NCBI GenBank assembly: GCA_049967475.1
Contig: JBMFSQ010000004.1
Location: 20,017-84,016 of the forward strand
Length of the DNA stretch: 64,000 bases
DNA from: Chthonomonadales bacterium
Lineage (GTDB): Bacteria; Armatimonadota; Chthonomonadetes; Chthonomonadales; CAJBBX01
Direction: 5' to 3'
Shown here one piece after another: positions 29,028-37,762 of this stretch. Made by a program: the position numbers and the translations under genes. A model generated the notes under the pieces. The model was given only the letters and a program-made list of their open reading frames with translations. It had not been told where the DNA came from and made no database searches. Each line of letters opens with the position of its first letter. Positions within the stretch are counted from its first letter, which is position 1.

Positions 29028-30530
29028 ATGCGCCTCATCCTGGCAATCTGCGTTATGAGCACGTGGGCCGCTCAGCCGACCGCAGCGTACGTGTCGAGCC
29101 CGCCGGGTGTGGTGGCCTGGGACGAGGCTTCGGTTCGCATCTCGAAGCTGCTGAAGGATCCTGCGCTGGAAGGATGCACGATGGGCGTGGTAATCCAACA
29201 TTTGGCAACCGGGCGCGTCCTCTATTCCCTCAACCCGGGCGCGCTGTTGATGCCCGCATCGAACCAGAAGCTGGTGACGTCCGCAGCGGCTTTGGCCATC
29301 CTCGGCCCGGATTTCCGGTTTATCACGCGCGTCGTTGCAGCGGAGGCGCCCGGACCGGACGGCATGGTCCGCGGCAATGTTTATTTGAAAGGAGGGGGCG
29401 ATCCTCTGCTGAATGACCAGGATCTGGACGATCTCGCGGCTGCAGTGAGGAAGGCCGGCGTACGCTGCATCACAGGCGGCGTTGTGGGAGACGCATCCCT
29501 GTTCACCGACGGCCCCTACGGTGACGGGTGGGCGTGGGACGACTTCTCGTATGCGTACTCCCCGGAGGTGTCGGCCCTCAATTTGAACGAGAACGTGGTA
29601 ATCGTCGAGTGCCGGCCGGGCAGGCGCGCCGGCGATCCGGTGGCCGTGCGGCTTCGGCCGGACGTGGGCTTCGTGCAAGTACGAAACTGTGCGAAGACGG
29701 CAGCCGCAGGGGAGCCTTCGAGCTTGCGTGCGTGGCGCGTGCTGGGCCGGAATGAAATCGTCGTAGAGGGAAGGCTTCCTCTGCAAGGCGCGGCAGACGG
29801 CGGAAGCGTTGCGCGGGTTACGGTAGAGGATCCGGCGAAATTCGCCGCGGCGGTATTTGCCCGCAAGCTCCGGGAAGCGGGCGTCGCGGTGCATGGGCCT
29901 TCGGGTACCGGTGCTGCGCCCCAGACCGGGGTGGAGATCGCAGAGCATGGGAGCCCATCCTTGCGGGATCTTTTGCCGCGGATGAACAAGCCGAGCGACA
30001 ATCTCATGGCAGAATGTTTCCTGCGAATGGCAGGTGCCGTAAAGAACGGCGACGGTTCGGCGGCAGCCGGGGCTCGCTCAGCACGTGACTGGTTCGTTCG
30101 GCAAGGGATGGACTGCACAGGCCTTGTGATAACCGATGGATCAGGCCTTTCGAGGCAGACCTTGCTGACCGCCCAGAGCCTTGCCGGCGTGCTTCGCATC
30201 GCAGCCCGGCAGCCGTGGGCGGATGCATTCCGCGCATCTCTGCCGATCGCCGGCGTGGACGGCACTCTGCGTAATCGAATGAAGGGCACCGCTGCCGCCG
30301 GAAACTGCCGCGCCAAAACCGGTTCCCTCTCCGGGGTAAGCAGCCTTTCCGGATATGTAGTGAGTGCAGATGGAACCCCGCTTGTGTTTGTGATCTTGAT
30401 GAACCACTACGCGTGCCCGCGCCGAGTGCCGGTGCAGATCCAAGATGAGATTGTAGAACTCTTGGCCCAAACGCGCGTACAACCCCCGGGTGCGCCAGAC
30501 GTAACGAGCCTGGGAGCCTCGCACCATTAA
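29028..30530 (+). CDS. dacB: D-alanyl-D-alanine carboxypeptidase/endopeptidase PBP4 (peptidase S13)
   Basis: PASNQK (SxxK), GGGDP, SDN, DGSGLSR and KTG; start at 29028 or 28959. Confidence 0.94.
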   Translation: MRLILAICVMSTWAAQPTAAYVSSPPGVVAWDEASVRISKLLKDPALEGCTMGVVIQHLATGRVLYSLNPGALLMPASNQKLVTSAAALAILGPDFRFITRVVAAEAPGPDGMVRGNVYLKGGGDPLLNDQDLDDLAAAVRKAGVRCITGGVVGDASLFTDGPYGDGWAWDDFSYAYSPEVSALNLNENVVIVECRPGRRAGDPVAVRLRPDVGFVQVRNCAKTAAAGEPSSLRAWRVLGRNEIVVEGRLPLQGAADGGSVARVTVEDPAKFAAAVFARKLREAGVAVHGPSGTGAAPQTGVEIAEHGSPSLRDLLPRMNKPSDNLMAECFLRMAGAVKNGDGSAAAGARSARDWFVRQGMDCTGLVITDGSGLSRQTLLTAQSLAGVLRIAARQPWADAFRASLPIAGVDGTLRNRMKGTAAAGNCRAKTGSLSGVSSLSGYVVSADGTPLVFVILMNHYACPRRVPVQIQDEIVELLAQTRVQPPGAPDVTSLGASHH

Positions 30531-30637
30531 CGGCTTGTGAGGCATGGCGGTCGCAGAGCGTGGCCGGAACGGCCAGGGCTTGGGCGGTGGCGGGTGGCGT
30601 TAGCATGGTTCGTTGTGCGAACCCGCGGCACATGCCA

Positions 30638-30680
30638 GGGGAGGGCCGGGGGCGGCGTCGAAGGCTGTTCGGCCCTCCTC
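30638..30680. terminator. GC-rich hairpin between convergent genes
   Basis: GGGGAGGGCCG (30638-30648) pairs with CGGCCCTCCTC (30670-30680); no clear U-tract. Confidence 0.45.
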
Positions 30681-30731
30681 ATGAAATGGGCAACTGCGCT
30701 CCTCGCAACGTGTGTCGGTGAGGTCCGCCGG

Positions 30732-31727
30732 TTACAGTTGGATGACGCGCTTCTCCTTCTCGGACTGGTAGCCTCCCAAGATGATCTTGAGCACGGTGAT
30801 GCCCTCTTTAAGCCCCTGTTCCGGAGCGGCTCCCGTCTCGATGCACTCTACAAAGTGCTTGATCTCCCCTACAAAGCCGTTTTCCGGCTGGAGCTCGTGC
30901 TTCTCTGCTTCTCCATCAAGGGGCTGAAAGTAAAGGGTGTTCCCGCGTCCGTAGATCTGCCCCTTTTCACCGATGGCGTGGATCTGCCAGTGTCCATTGG
31001 GCCACGGATGTCCCCAGGAGGTTTGGAGGGTTCCCACGGCTCGGTTGGCGAAACGCACCATCGTTTGGGCAGTGTCTTCAGCGTCTAGGCTGGGCTGGTT
31101 GTAGTTGTCCGTCATGCTCACCACTTCCACCGGATCTGAATTTGCAATGGAAATGAGCATGTATGTGGGATGGTATCCCGTGTCCAAGGCGCACCCTCCA
31201 CCGGCCTCGGCGGCAGAACCGCGCCATCCCCAGCGGTCTCGCGTCTGGCGGTCCCGAATGAGGAAGCAGTCCACGGTGCGTACGCTGAAGATGCGGCCGA
31301 GGCGGCCTTCTTGGATCCAGCGCCGTGCGGTTCGCGGAGCCGGCTCGAACATCTGGTTGTGGGCGCACATAAGGGTGACGCCGTTGGAGGTCACTGCGGC
31401 CTCGATGTCGCGCGCTTCTTCCAGCGTGGTGCAGAGGGGTTTCTCTGTGAGAATGTGCTTGCCGGCTTCCGCTGCATCTACAATGGCGTCGCGGTGCAGG
31501 CGGTGCGGGAGGGCAATATCCACGGCGTCCAGCTCCACGTCCTTGAGCATGGCGCGCCAGTCGGTATAGACCTGCGCGGTGCCCCCCAGGTCCTTTGCGC
31601 GTTGAACAGCATTTGCCTCGTTCACGTCGCATGCGGCAACAACTTGGGCCCGACCTTCCACAGCCTTCCAGCCTGGAATGTGGGCGCCCATGATGCCGCC
31701 GCAGCCTACAAGGCCAACTCGTATCAC
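30732..31727 (-). CDS. Gfo/Idh/MocA-family oxidoreductase
   Basis: VGLVGCGGI, EKP and GGGCALDTGYH. Confidence 0.93.
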   Translation of the reverse strand: MIRVGLVGCGGIMGAHIPGWKAVEGRAQVVAACDVNEANAVQRAKDLGGTAQVYTDWRAMLKDVELDAVDIALPHRLHRDAIVDAAEAGKHILTEKPLCTTLEEARDIEAAVTSNGVTLMCAHNQMFEPAPRTARRWIQEGRLGRIFSVRTVDCFLIRDRQTRDRWGWRGSAAEAGGGCALDTGYHPTYMLISIANSDPVEVVSMTDNYNQPSLDAEDTAQTMVRFANRAVGTLQTSWGHPWPNGHWQIHAIGEKGQIYGRGNTLYFQPLDGEAEKHELQPENGFVGEIKHFVECIETGAAPEQGLKEGITVLKIILGGYQSEKEKRVIQL

Positions 31728-31907
31728 GTGCGTGTTCCCCCGATTTATTTGGTTGAGGATCTGCCTGGATCCCCAGGCGTGATTAAACGCTTCGTATGCG
31801 TTTCCCTGCTCAAGGCGTGGAACTGTGCAGCAGCGCGGAAGGTATCATGCAACCGTGCCGGCTCATGAGGCGGGCAGCCACGTTGAATACGGATAGGAGG
31901 TCGTGTC

Positions 31908-33695
31908 GTGGAACAGGCGGTGCTGCCGAGATGGGATCTTGACGAAGCCTTCCCTTCTTTGGACTCCAAGGAATTCGCTTCAGCCCTCGACGATGCTGTG
32001 GCCCACATCGGGCAGTTGGCTGACCTTTTCGAAAAGTTCGGGGTTCGCCGCAGGACGATTAGCAAAGTGGACGATGCATTCGTGGCGGACTTCGAGCGAG
32101 TAATGACGCAGATCAACGGTCTGCTGGAGAAGCTGCGGACGCTGGACGCCTATGTGGGGTGCATCGTAACTACAGATGCGTCCAACGAACAGGCGCAGAG
32201 TGCGGAGAGCCTTCTGAGCGCCCATCATGTGCGCGTAGATCAGCTCCTCACACGCTTTACCGCGTGGGTGGGCTCCAGCGACGTGGACGCGCTGCTCCTA
32301 AGGTCCCAGGTTGCCCGGGAACACGAATATGCGGTGCGGAGGGCACAGGTCCTTGCGCGCCATCAGATGGCCGAAGGGGAAGAGGACCTTGCTTCAGCAT
32401 TGCGCCCGGCTTCCATCGAGGCGTGGGCGCGCCTCCACGGCAATATGAGCGCCCGCCTTGTAGGCAAGATGGAACTGGATGGTCAAGCCCAAGAGCTGCC
32501 GATGAGCCGCCTGCGTGCTCTTGCGTCGCATCCGAACCGTGAAGTGCGCCGCGCTGCATTCGAGGCTGAACTTTTGGCCTGGGAGAGTGTGGCGGTTCCC
32601 TTTGCTGCTGCGCTCAACGGCGTGAAGGGGTACCAGCAGGTGGTGCGCCGCCGCCGCGGATATGAGGACGACTTGGAGCCCACATTCGTTATGAATGGCG
32701 TGGACCGTAGGATCCTGGATGCGATGCACTCCGCCGTGGCAGAGGTGCAGGTTGACTTCCGGCGTTATCTGGAGGCGAAGGCCAAGATCCTCGGGTTGGA
32801 CCGGCTGGCATGGTACGATCTGGCTGCACCCGTAGGACGCGAGGCCAAGAAGTGGGAATGGCAAGAAGCGGAGGAGTTCATCGTGCGGAACTTCGCTTCG
32901 TATTCGGATCGCCTTGCTGATTTTGCCCGTTACGCATTCAAGAACCGCTGGGTGGATGCCGAGCCGAGGGTGGGAAAGGAAGGGGGCGCCTATTGCACGT
33001 CGCTGAAGCCGGGGGTGTCGCGCATCATGATGAATTACGATGGATCCTTCAATTCCATCTCGACCCTCGCCCATGAACTAGGCCACGCCTATCACAATTT
33101 GAACCTCGCGACACGCACTCCGCTCCAGCGGGCCACGCCGATGACACTAGCGGAGACCGCCTCGATCTTCTGCGAGACGCTCGCATTCGACGCCGCTTTG
33201 AGGAACGCAGACGCTTCGGATCGCCTCGTGCTTCTGGATATCGTGCTGCAGCGCGATCTGGGCGTGCTTGTGGATGTTTACTCCCGGTTCCTCTTCGAAG
33301 GGCGCGTGTTTGCGATGCGATCTGAGCGGGATCTTACGGTGACGGAGCTGAAGGACCTTATGATGCAGTGCCAGCGGGACACCTACGGGGATGCAGTGGA
33401 TCCCCTTCACCCGTACATGTGGGCGGTGAAAGGGCACTATTACGGACCGCTCTTTTACAACTATCCGTATACGTTTGGGCTCTTGTTCGGATTGGGGCTC
33501 TATGCCGCATATCTGCAGGATGCAGACGGCTTCCGGCGGCGCTACGATGAACTCCTCTCCCGTACCGGCTTGGCGGATGCAGCCTCCCTGGCCCGAGAGT
33601 TCGGGTTCGACCTGGCCGCCAGTGCGTTTTGGAGATCGAGCCTTGACGTGGTGCGCGGAGAGATCGAGGAATTCGTGCGCCTGGCAAACAGCTAG
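31908..33695 (+). CDS. M3B oligoendopeptidase F
   Basis: PRWDL, GKEGGAYC, TLAHELGHAYH, LAETAS and FYNYPYTFG; AGGAGG SD with a GTG start. Confidence 0.94.
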   Translation: MEQAVLPRWDLDEAFPSLDSKEFASALDDAVAHIGQLADLFEKFGVRRRTISKVDDAFVADFERVMTQINGLLEKLRTLDAYVGCIVTTDASNEQAQSAESLLSAHHVRVDQLLTRFTAWVGSSDVDALLLRSQVAREHEYAVRRAQVLARHQMAEGEEDLASALRPASIEAWARLHGNMSARLVGKMELDGQAQELPMSRLRALASHPNREVRRAAFEAELLAWESVAVPFAAALNGVKGYQQVVRRRRGYEDDLEPTFVMNGVDRRILDAMHSAVAEVQVDFRRYLEAKAKILGLDRLAWYDLAAPVGREAKKWEWQEAEEFIVRNFASYSDRLADFARYAFKNRWVDAEPRVGKEGGAYCTSLKPGVSRIMMNYDGSFNSISTLAHELGHAYHNLNLATRTPLQRATPMTLAETASIFCETLAFDAALRNADASDRLVLLDIVLQRDLGVLVDVYSRFLFEGRVFAMRSERDLTVTELKDLMMQCQRDTYGDAVDPLHPYMWAVKGHYYGPLFYNYPYTFGLLFGLGLYAAYLQDADGFRRRYDELLSRTGLADAASLAREFGFDLAASAFWRSSLDVVRGEIEEFVRLANS

Positions 33696-33725
33696 GAGGG
33701 GGCGGCGCCGGGCTCACCCCCTCCT
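33694..33725. terminator. Hairpin between the convergent oligoendopeptidase and csp genes
   Basis: AGGAGGGGG (33694-33702) pairs with CCCCCTCCT (33717-33725). Confidence 0.5.
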
Positions 33726-33755
33726 GACTGCTTCGGAGATGTATTGCGCGCGTCG

Positions 33756-33965
33756 CTAGATTACCACGACGTTGGCTGCGCGCAACCCCTTTCCACGCGG
33801 ATCGTTCTCCACCTCGAACTGTACCCGCTGGCCCTCATGAAGTTCACGGTAGCCGCTCATTTCGATGGCGCTGAAGTGAACGAAGACGTCCTCTCCGCCA
33901 TCTTGGGCGATGAAGCCGTAGCCCTTGGTTGCATTGAACCACTTGACTGTACCGACCGTAGGCAT
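33756..33965 (-). CDS. Cold-shock protein
   Basis: GTVKWFN..KGYGFI (RNP1) and VFVHFS (RNP2); AGGAGG upstream. Confidence 0.97.
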   Translation of the reverse strand: MPTVGTVKWFNATKGYGFIAQDGGEDVFVHFSAIEMSGYRELHEGQRVQFEVENDPRGKGLRAANVVVI

Positions 33966-34101
33966 TGCTGAAAACAACCTCCTGAGAATCGATCGCGCCG
34001 CACCAACGACAGAGCAGGAGGCCTCCGGCTGAATGCCTCACGAAACGGCCATGTCTTGGTGGCGAGCAGCATCACTTCCCCGGATCGAACCGGATCGCCG
34101 C

Positions 34102-34130
34102 ATTATAACATAGCCGAGCCAAAGGCGCAA
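34102..34130 (-). promoter_or_regulatory. Sigma70 promoter of the csp gene, giving a 5' UTR of about 130 nt
   Basis: TTGCGC-17 bp-TATAAT with an extended -10 TG. Confidence 0.7.
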
Positions 34131-34227
34131 GAGGGTTTTCGGACCGACAAAAGCATAATCTCGCTGCGAAACAAGCAACAACGAACCTTTCCCCCAGGCT
34201 CCTTTCCGGCGCAGCGGCCGTTTTGTG

Positions 34228-34257
34228 TTGACCGCGCACTTCATAGGAAGCTATAAT
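34228..34257 (+). promoter_or_regulatory. purA promoter
   Basis: TTGACC-18 bp-TATAAT. Confidence 0.75.
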
Positions 34258-34282
34258 ACGACATGTGAACATCGAACGCCGC

Positions 34283-34315
34283 AATGGATAGCCCTGCGCT
34301 ATCCATTATTGCTTT
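34283..34315 (+). promoter_or_regulatory. Terminator-like hairpin in the purA 5' leader
   Basis: Perfect 10-bp stem AATGGATAGC/GCTATCCATT with a CCTGC loop, followed by ATTGCTTT. Confidence 0.55.
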
Positions 34316-34333
34316 GGGGAAGGGTTATTGCCG

Positions 34334-35626
34334 ATGGCCAACACGGTGGTAGTAGGGGCGCAGTGGGGAGACGAGGCAAAGGGCAAGATCGTGGATTATC
34401 TTGCTGCAAGTGCCGCCATGGTAGTCCGCTATGGCGGAGGGAGTAATGCCGGCCATACCGTGGTAGTAGATGGCGCGACCTATAAATTCCATTTGGTGCC
34501 CTGCGGCATCCTTCACCCCGGAGTAACCTGCGTCATCGCAGACGGCGTAGTGGTGGACCCGAAAGTGCTCGTGACCGAATTGGAGGAGCTGCAATCCCGG
34601 GGGCATTCCGTGGAGCGCCTCAGGATCTCCGCGAATGCCCATGTGGTGATGCCGTACCACCATCGGCTCGACGACATCGCCGAAAAACGCCGGGGCGCTG
34701 CCGCCATCGGAACCACAGGCCGCGGCATCGGGCCGGCATACGCCGACAAGGCCGCTCGGGTGGGCATCCGGATGCATGAATTCGTGGATCCCCAGCGGTT
34801 CGCTCAGCGCGCCCGTGAGCGCATCGCCGAGAACAACCTTATCTTCACGCGCGTCTACGACGAGGAGCCTTTGGATGCCGATGCCGTTATCGCAGAGTAC
34901 AGCGGATATGCCGAACGCCTAAAGGGCTTTGTAACGGACACGTCGGTTCTGGTAGCCAAGGCGGCTGCATCAGAGGCGGGGGTTGTGTTCGAAGGTGCCC
35001 AAGGCACGCTTCTGGATTTGGATATGGGCACCTATCCTTTCGTAACCTCCTCTCATCCTCTAGCCGGCGGCGCCTGCGTAGGTACGGGCATCGGCCCTAC
35101 TGCTATTCATTCCGTGCTCGGCGTCGCAAAAAGTTACACGACGCGCGTGGGCGCAGGGGCTTTCCCCACAGAACTGAAAGACGCCATCGGCGACACCATT
35201 CGTGAGCGTGGAAATGAGTACGGCACCACAACGGGGAGACCCCGGCGCTGCGGTTGGCTCGACACCGTGATCCTTCGCTATGCCGCCCGCGTCAACGGTC
35301 TCACCGGCCTGTGCCTGGGGCTGCTCGACGTATTGACGGGTCTCGACACCCTGCGGATTGCTGTGGCGTACCGAGTGGGTGGGCGTGTGCTGACAGACCT
35401 TCCGACCGATCTCGGCAATCGCACCGACCTAACGCCGGTCTATGAGGAGCTCCCGGGATGGAGTGAGGATATCAGCGGCGCCCGACGCCTTGATGAACTT
35501 CCTCCGAATGCCCGAGCATACATCCGCCGGGTGGAAGAGCTCGTAGAGGTGCCGGTGGTGAGCGTGTCTGTGGGGCCGCATCGGGAGCAGACAATTGTTG
35601 CATCCGATATCCTTATGGCCCGATGA
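34334..35626 (+). CDS. purA: Adenylosuccinate synthetase
   Basis: GAQWGDEAKGK, GGSNAGHT, GTTGRGIGPAY and EYGTTTGRPRRCGWLD. Confidence 0.98.
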   Translation: MANTVVVGAQWGDEAKGKIVDYLAASAAMVVRYGGGSNAGHTVVVDGATYKFHLVPCGILHPGVTCVIADGVVVDPKVLVTELEELQSRGHSVERLRISANAHVVMPYHHRLDDIAEKRRGAAAIGTTGRGIGPAYADKAARVGIRMHEFVDPQRFAQRARERIAENNLIFTRVYDEEPLDADAVIAEYSGYAERLKGFVTDTSVLVAKAAASEAGVVFEGAQGTLLDLDMGTYPFVTSSHPLAGGACVGTGIGPTAIHSVLGVAKSYTTRVGAGAFPTELKDAIGDTIRERGNEYGTTTGRPRRCGWLDTVILRYAARVNGLTGLCLGLLDVLTGLDTLRIAVAYRVGGRVLTDLPTDLGNRTDLTPVYEELPGWSEDISGARRLDELPPNARAYIRRVEELVEVPVVSVSVGPHREQTIVASDILMAR

Positions 35627-35764
35627 TGCCGGTTCTGGGCTCTAGAAGCGAGTGAACATACCAGCCTGATATGCCGTCTTACGCATGGAGGCGTCCCGCG
35701 GGTTACCAGATCCGGACGAGTTCCGGCACGCTGTTGGGTACGGATGCCATTTTGAAGGAGCGGG

Positions 35765-35995
35765 ATGAGTTCATTCGACCTCGAGGTCCATCCGGTGTAC
35801 GGGGCCGTCCCCGCCGACGGAGACATGGTCCAACCCGGGGAGGTGCTTGGTTTGTCTCCGGATGGGACGGCTTTGGTGGAAGCCCCTGTGGCGGGCAGAG
35901 TGCATATTTGCCGTGTTCAGCTTGGCGACGGGCACCGCACGATTGTGCGCATCGTGCCCCACAGGACGGAAGATTGTTGCAATTCCACGGGTTGA
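35765..35995 (+). CDS. Small hypothetical protein with a barrel-sandwich hybrid-like pattern
   Basis: GAAGGAG SD; GDMVQPGEVLG...VEAPVAGRV. Confidence 0.55.
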   Translation: MSSFDLEVHPVYGAVPADGDMVQPGEVLGLSPDGTALVEAPVAGRVHICRVQLGDGHRTIVRIVPHRTEDCCNSTG

Positions 35996-36007
35996 CTGGC
36001 GCCCGCA

Positions 36008-36697
36008 TCAGTCCACGCACGGCTTGCCGTGGGGTTTGCCAGCTGGAGCGTGGCAGCGGGGGCACTGGCCCGGGCCTTGCCATATTTCTTCGCCGGCCGG
36101 CGCCCCGGGCTTCGGTTCCTTGACGGCGGCCTCGTAGGTCGTTTCGCGTCTGGCAAGGGCCGGCTGCCGCACCCGCCGTTCCACTGGGAGCCGTGCATCC
36201 GGTCCCGGCGGCAGGGGACTATCGGCGAGGCGGCCCTCTTCATCCAATTCGGGGGAGAACTGCGTCCCGAAACCTGCCAGAGCGAGTGCGCGTGCAATGG
36301 CGCCCGTCTCCGCCTTCTCCACCCAGCCGGCGGGGAAGTCCTGTTGTGTTTCCGTTTTGTGCCCTGTGGCTATGATGCGGCCCTCTGCGTTGCGAATGGT
36401 GGCAAGCACGGTCGCAAAGCCTTCCTTCTGGCCCCCTTCCACAATCTGCGTGGTTACGCCCCAATCGGGGCACTCGTCCCGGAACCAGACGATGCGGTAG
36501 GCTGCTGGCAGGTAGAGCTTGCCGCCCTGCACCTGCAGTAGATATCTGCGGAGTCTTGGCGGCATGCGCCTGCGGCATGTGTCTTGGGAATGGAGCTCGT
36601 CCCCGGGCGCCGGTTGCATATCCTGGGACGGTACCGCGTTTGCGTCTTCACCGGCGGATGTTGCCTTAGGGGTTTCGTGTTTGCCGTCCTCTGCCAT
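36008..36697 (-). CDS. Putative Rad52/Sak-like single-strand annealing protein with a C-terminal Cys/His Zn-finger
   Basis: YLP...RIVWFR...ATI....G.IIATG......EKAETGAIARALALAGFG pattern; CPRC...H..PC tail. Confidence 0.6.
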   Translation of the reverse strand: MAEDGKHETPKATSAGEDANAVPSQDMQPAPGDELHSQDTCRRRMPPRLRRYLLQVQGGKLYLPAAYRIVWFRDECPDWGVTTQIVEGGQKEGFATVLATIRNAEGRIIATGHKTETQQDFPAGWVEKAETGAIARALALAGFGTQFSPELDEEGRLADSPLPPGPDARLPVERRVRQPALARRETTYEAAVKEPKPGAPAGEEIWQGPGQCPRCHAPAGKPHGKPCVD

Positions 36698-36708
36698 GTG
36701 TATGCTCC

Positions 36709-37710
36709 CTATTCGCCCGCCATGAAGGCATTCGTGATGAGCTGCACCCGGCCGGTTCCGTCGGGCAGCATCTCTACCTCGGCCACGTCAAAGCGGCACG
36801 AGCATTCGCCGATATGGCGGCAAGCCAAATAGTGCTCGGCGGCTGCGGCCAATCGCGACCGCTTGCGTTTGTCTACAGCACCCGCCGGATGCTTCCCGCG
36901 CGTCCGCAATGTCTTCACTTCCAGGAAGACCAGGGTTGCACCCTGCCGAGCAATTACGTCAATTTCGCCCTGGGGGCAGCGGTAGCGCTTCTCCAATATC
37001 TCCCATCCCAGCCTGCGCAGATGGGTTGCAGCGATCTCTTCCCCTTTGAGACCTATGGACTGGCATTCGGACAGATCCAGTTCGAGACGGGCGCCTCGTG
37101 CCTCCGATACAGGGGCGAAGGACAATCTGTGGGCGGGGCATGGACCTAAGCGGGCAAGAGCCGCCAGGTGCTGCGGCGTGGCATAACCGCTATGCGCGGC
37201 GAAGCCGTAGCCGGGATAACGGGCGTCGAGTTCCTGCATCATGCGGTCCCGTGTTACCTTGGCGATGATCGAGGCCGCGGCGATGGAGGCGCTGGTTGCG
37301 TCTCCTTTCACGATGGCGCGGTGGGGCACCGGGAATGGGTTGACGGGCAATCCGTCTATGAGGGCGAACTCGGGCCGCATCGGGCATTGTTCCACGGCGC
37401 GCCGCATGGCCAGGTGGGTAGCGCGGAGGATGTTGAGGCGGTCAATCTCCTCAACGTCTGCAACGCCTACTCCCACCGTGAGGGCCGCGCCGGTGATCAT
37501 CCGGAAGAGCTGCTCCCGCCGGCGCGGGGAGAGGGCTTTGGAATCCTTCAGGGCCGGCAAAGCGGCGCAGAAGGGAAGGATCACACAGGCAGCCACCACA
37601 GGTCCGGCTAGAGGTCCCCGGCCTGCCTCATCTACGCCTGCGATGAGAGAGATGCCGTGCTCGCGGGCCTCCCGCTCGGCTACCCAGAGATCCGCAACGT
37701 TGCGATGCAC
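36709..37710 (-). CDS. rnhB: Ribonuclease HII fused to a C-terminal YraN (UPF0102) PD-(D/E)xK nuclease
   Basis: AGVDEAGRGPLAGPV, DSK, IDG and KGD...SIAAASIIAKVTRD, then GEEIAA..L...G..IL, GEIDVIA, FLEVK and RFDV; GTG at 37710 with a GAAGGAG SD. Confidence 0.93.
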   Translation of the reverse strand: MHRNVADLWVAEREAREHGISLIAGVDEAGRGPLAGPVVAACVILPFCAALPALKDSKALSPRRREQLFRMITGAALTVGVGVADVEEIDRLNILRATHLAMRRAVEQCPMRPEFALIDGLPVNPFPVPHRAIVKGDATSASIAAASIIAKVTRDRMMQELDARYPGYGFAAHSGYATPQHLAALARLGPCPAHRLSFAPVSEARGARLELDLSECQSIGLKGEEIAATHLRRLGWEILEKRYRCPQGEIDVIARQGATLVFLEVKTLRTRGKHPAGAVDKRKRSRLAAAAEHYLACRHIGECSCRFDVAEVEMLPDGTGRVQLITNAFMAGE

Positions 37711-37762
37711 TGCTGCTCCTTCAGCCCAAGCCGGCAAGCCCCGTCCAAAGCCGGCCGCGTGT

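Noticed and set aside
36008..36697. Prophage remnant around the annealing-protein gene
   Set aside because: No integrase, structural or replication genes, att-like repeats or compositional shift nearby.
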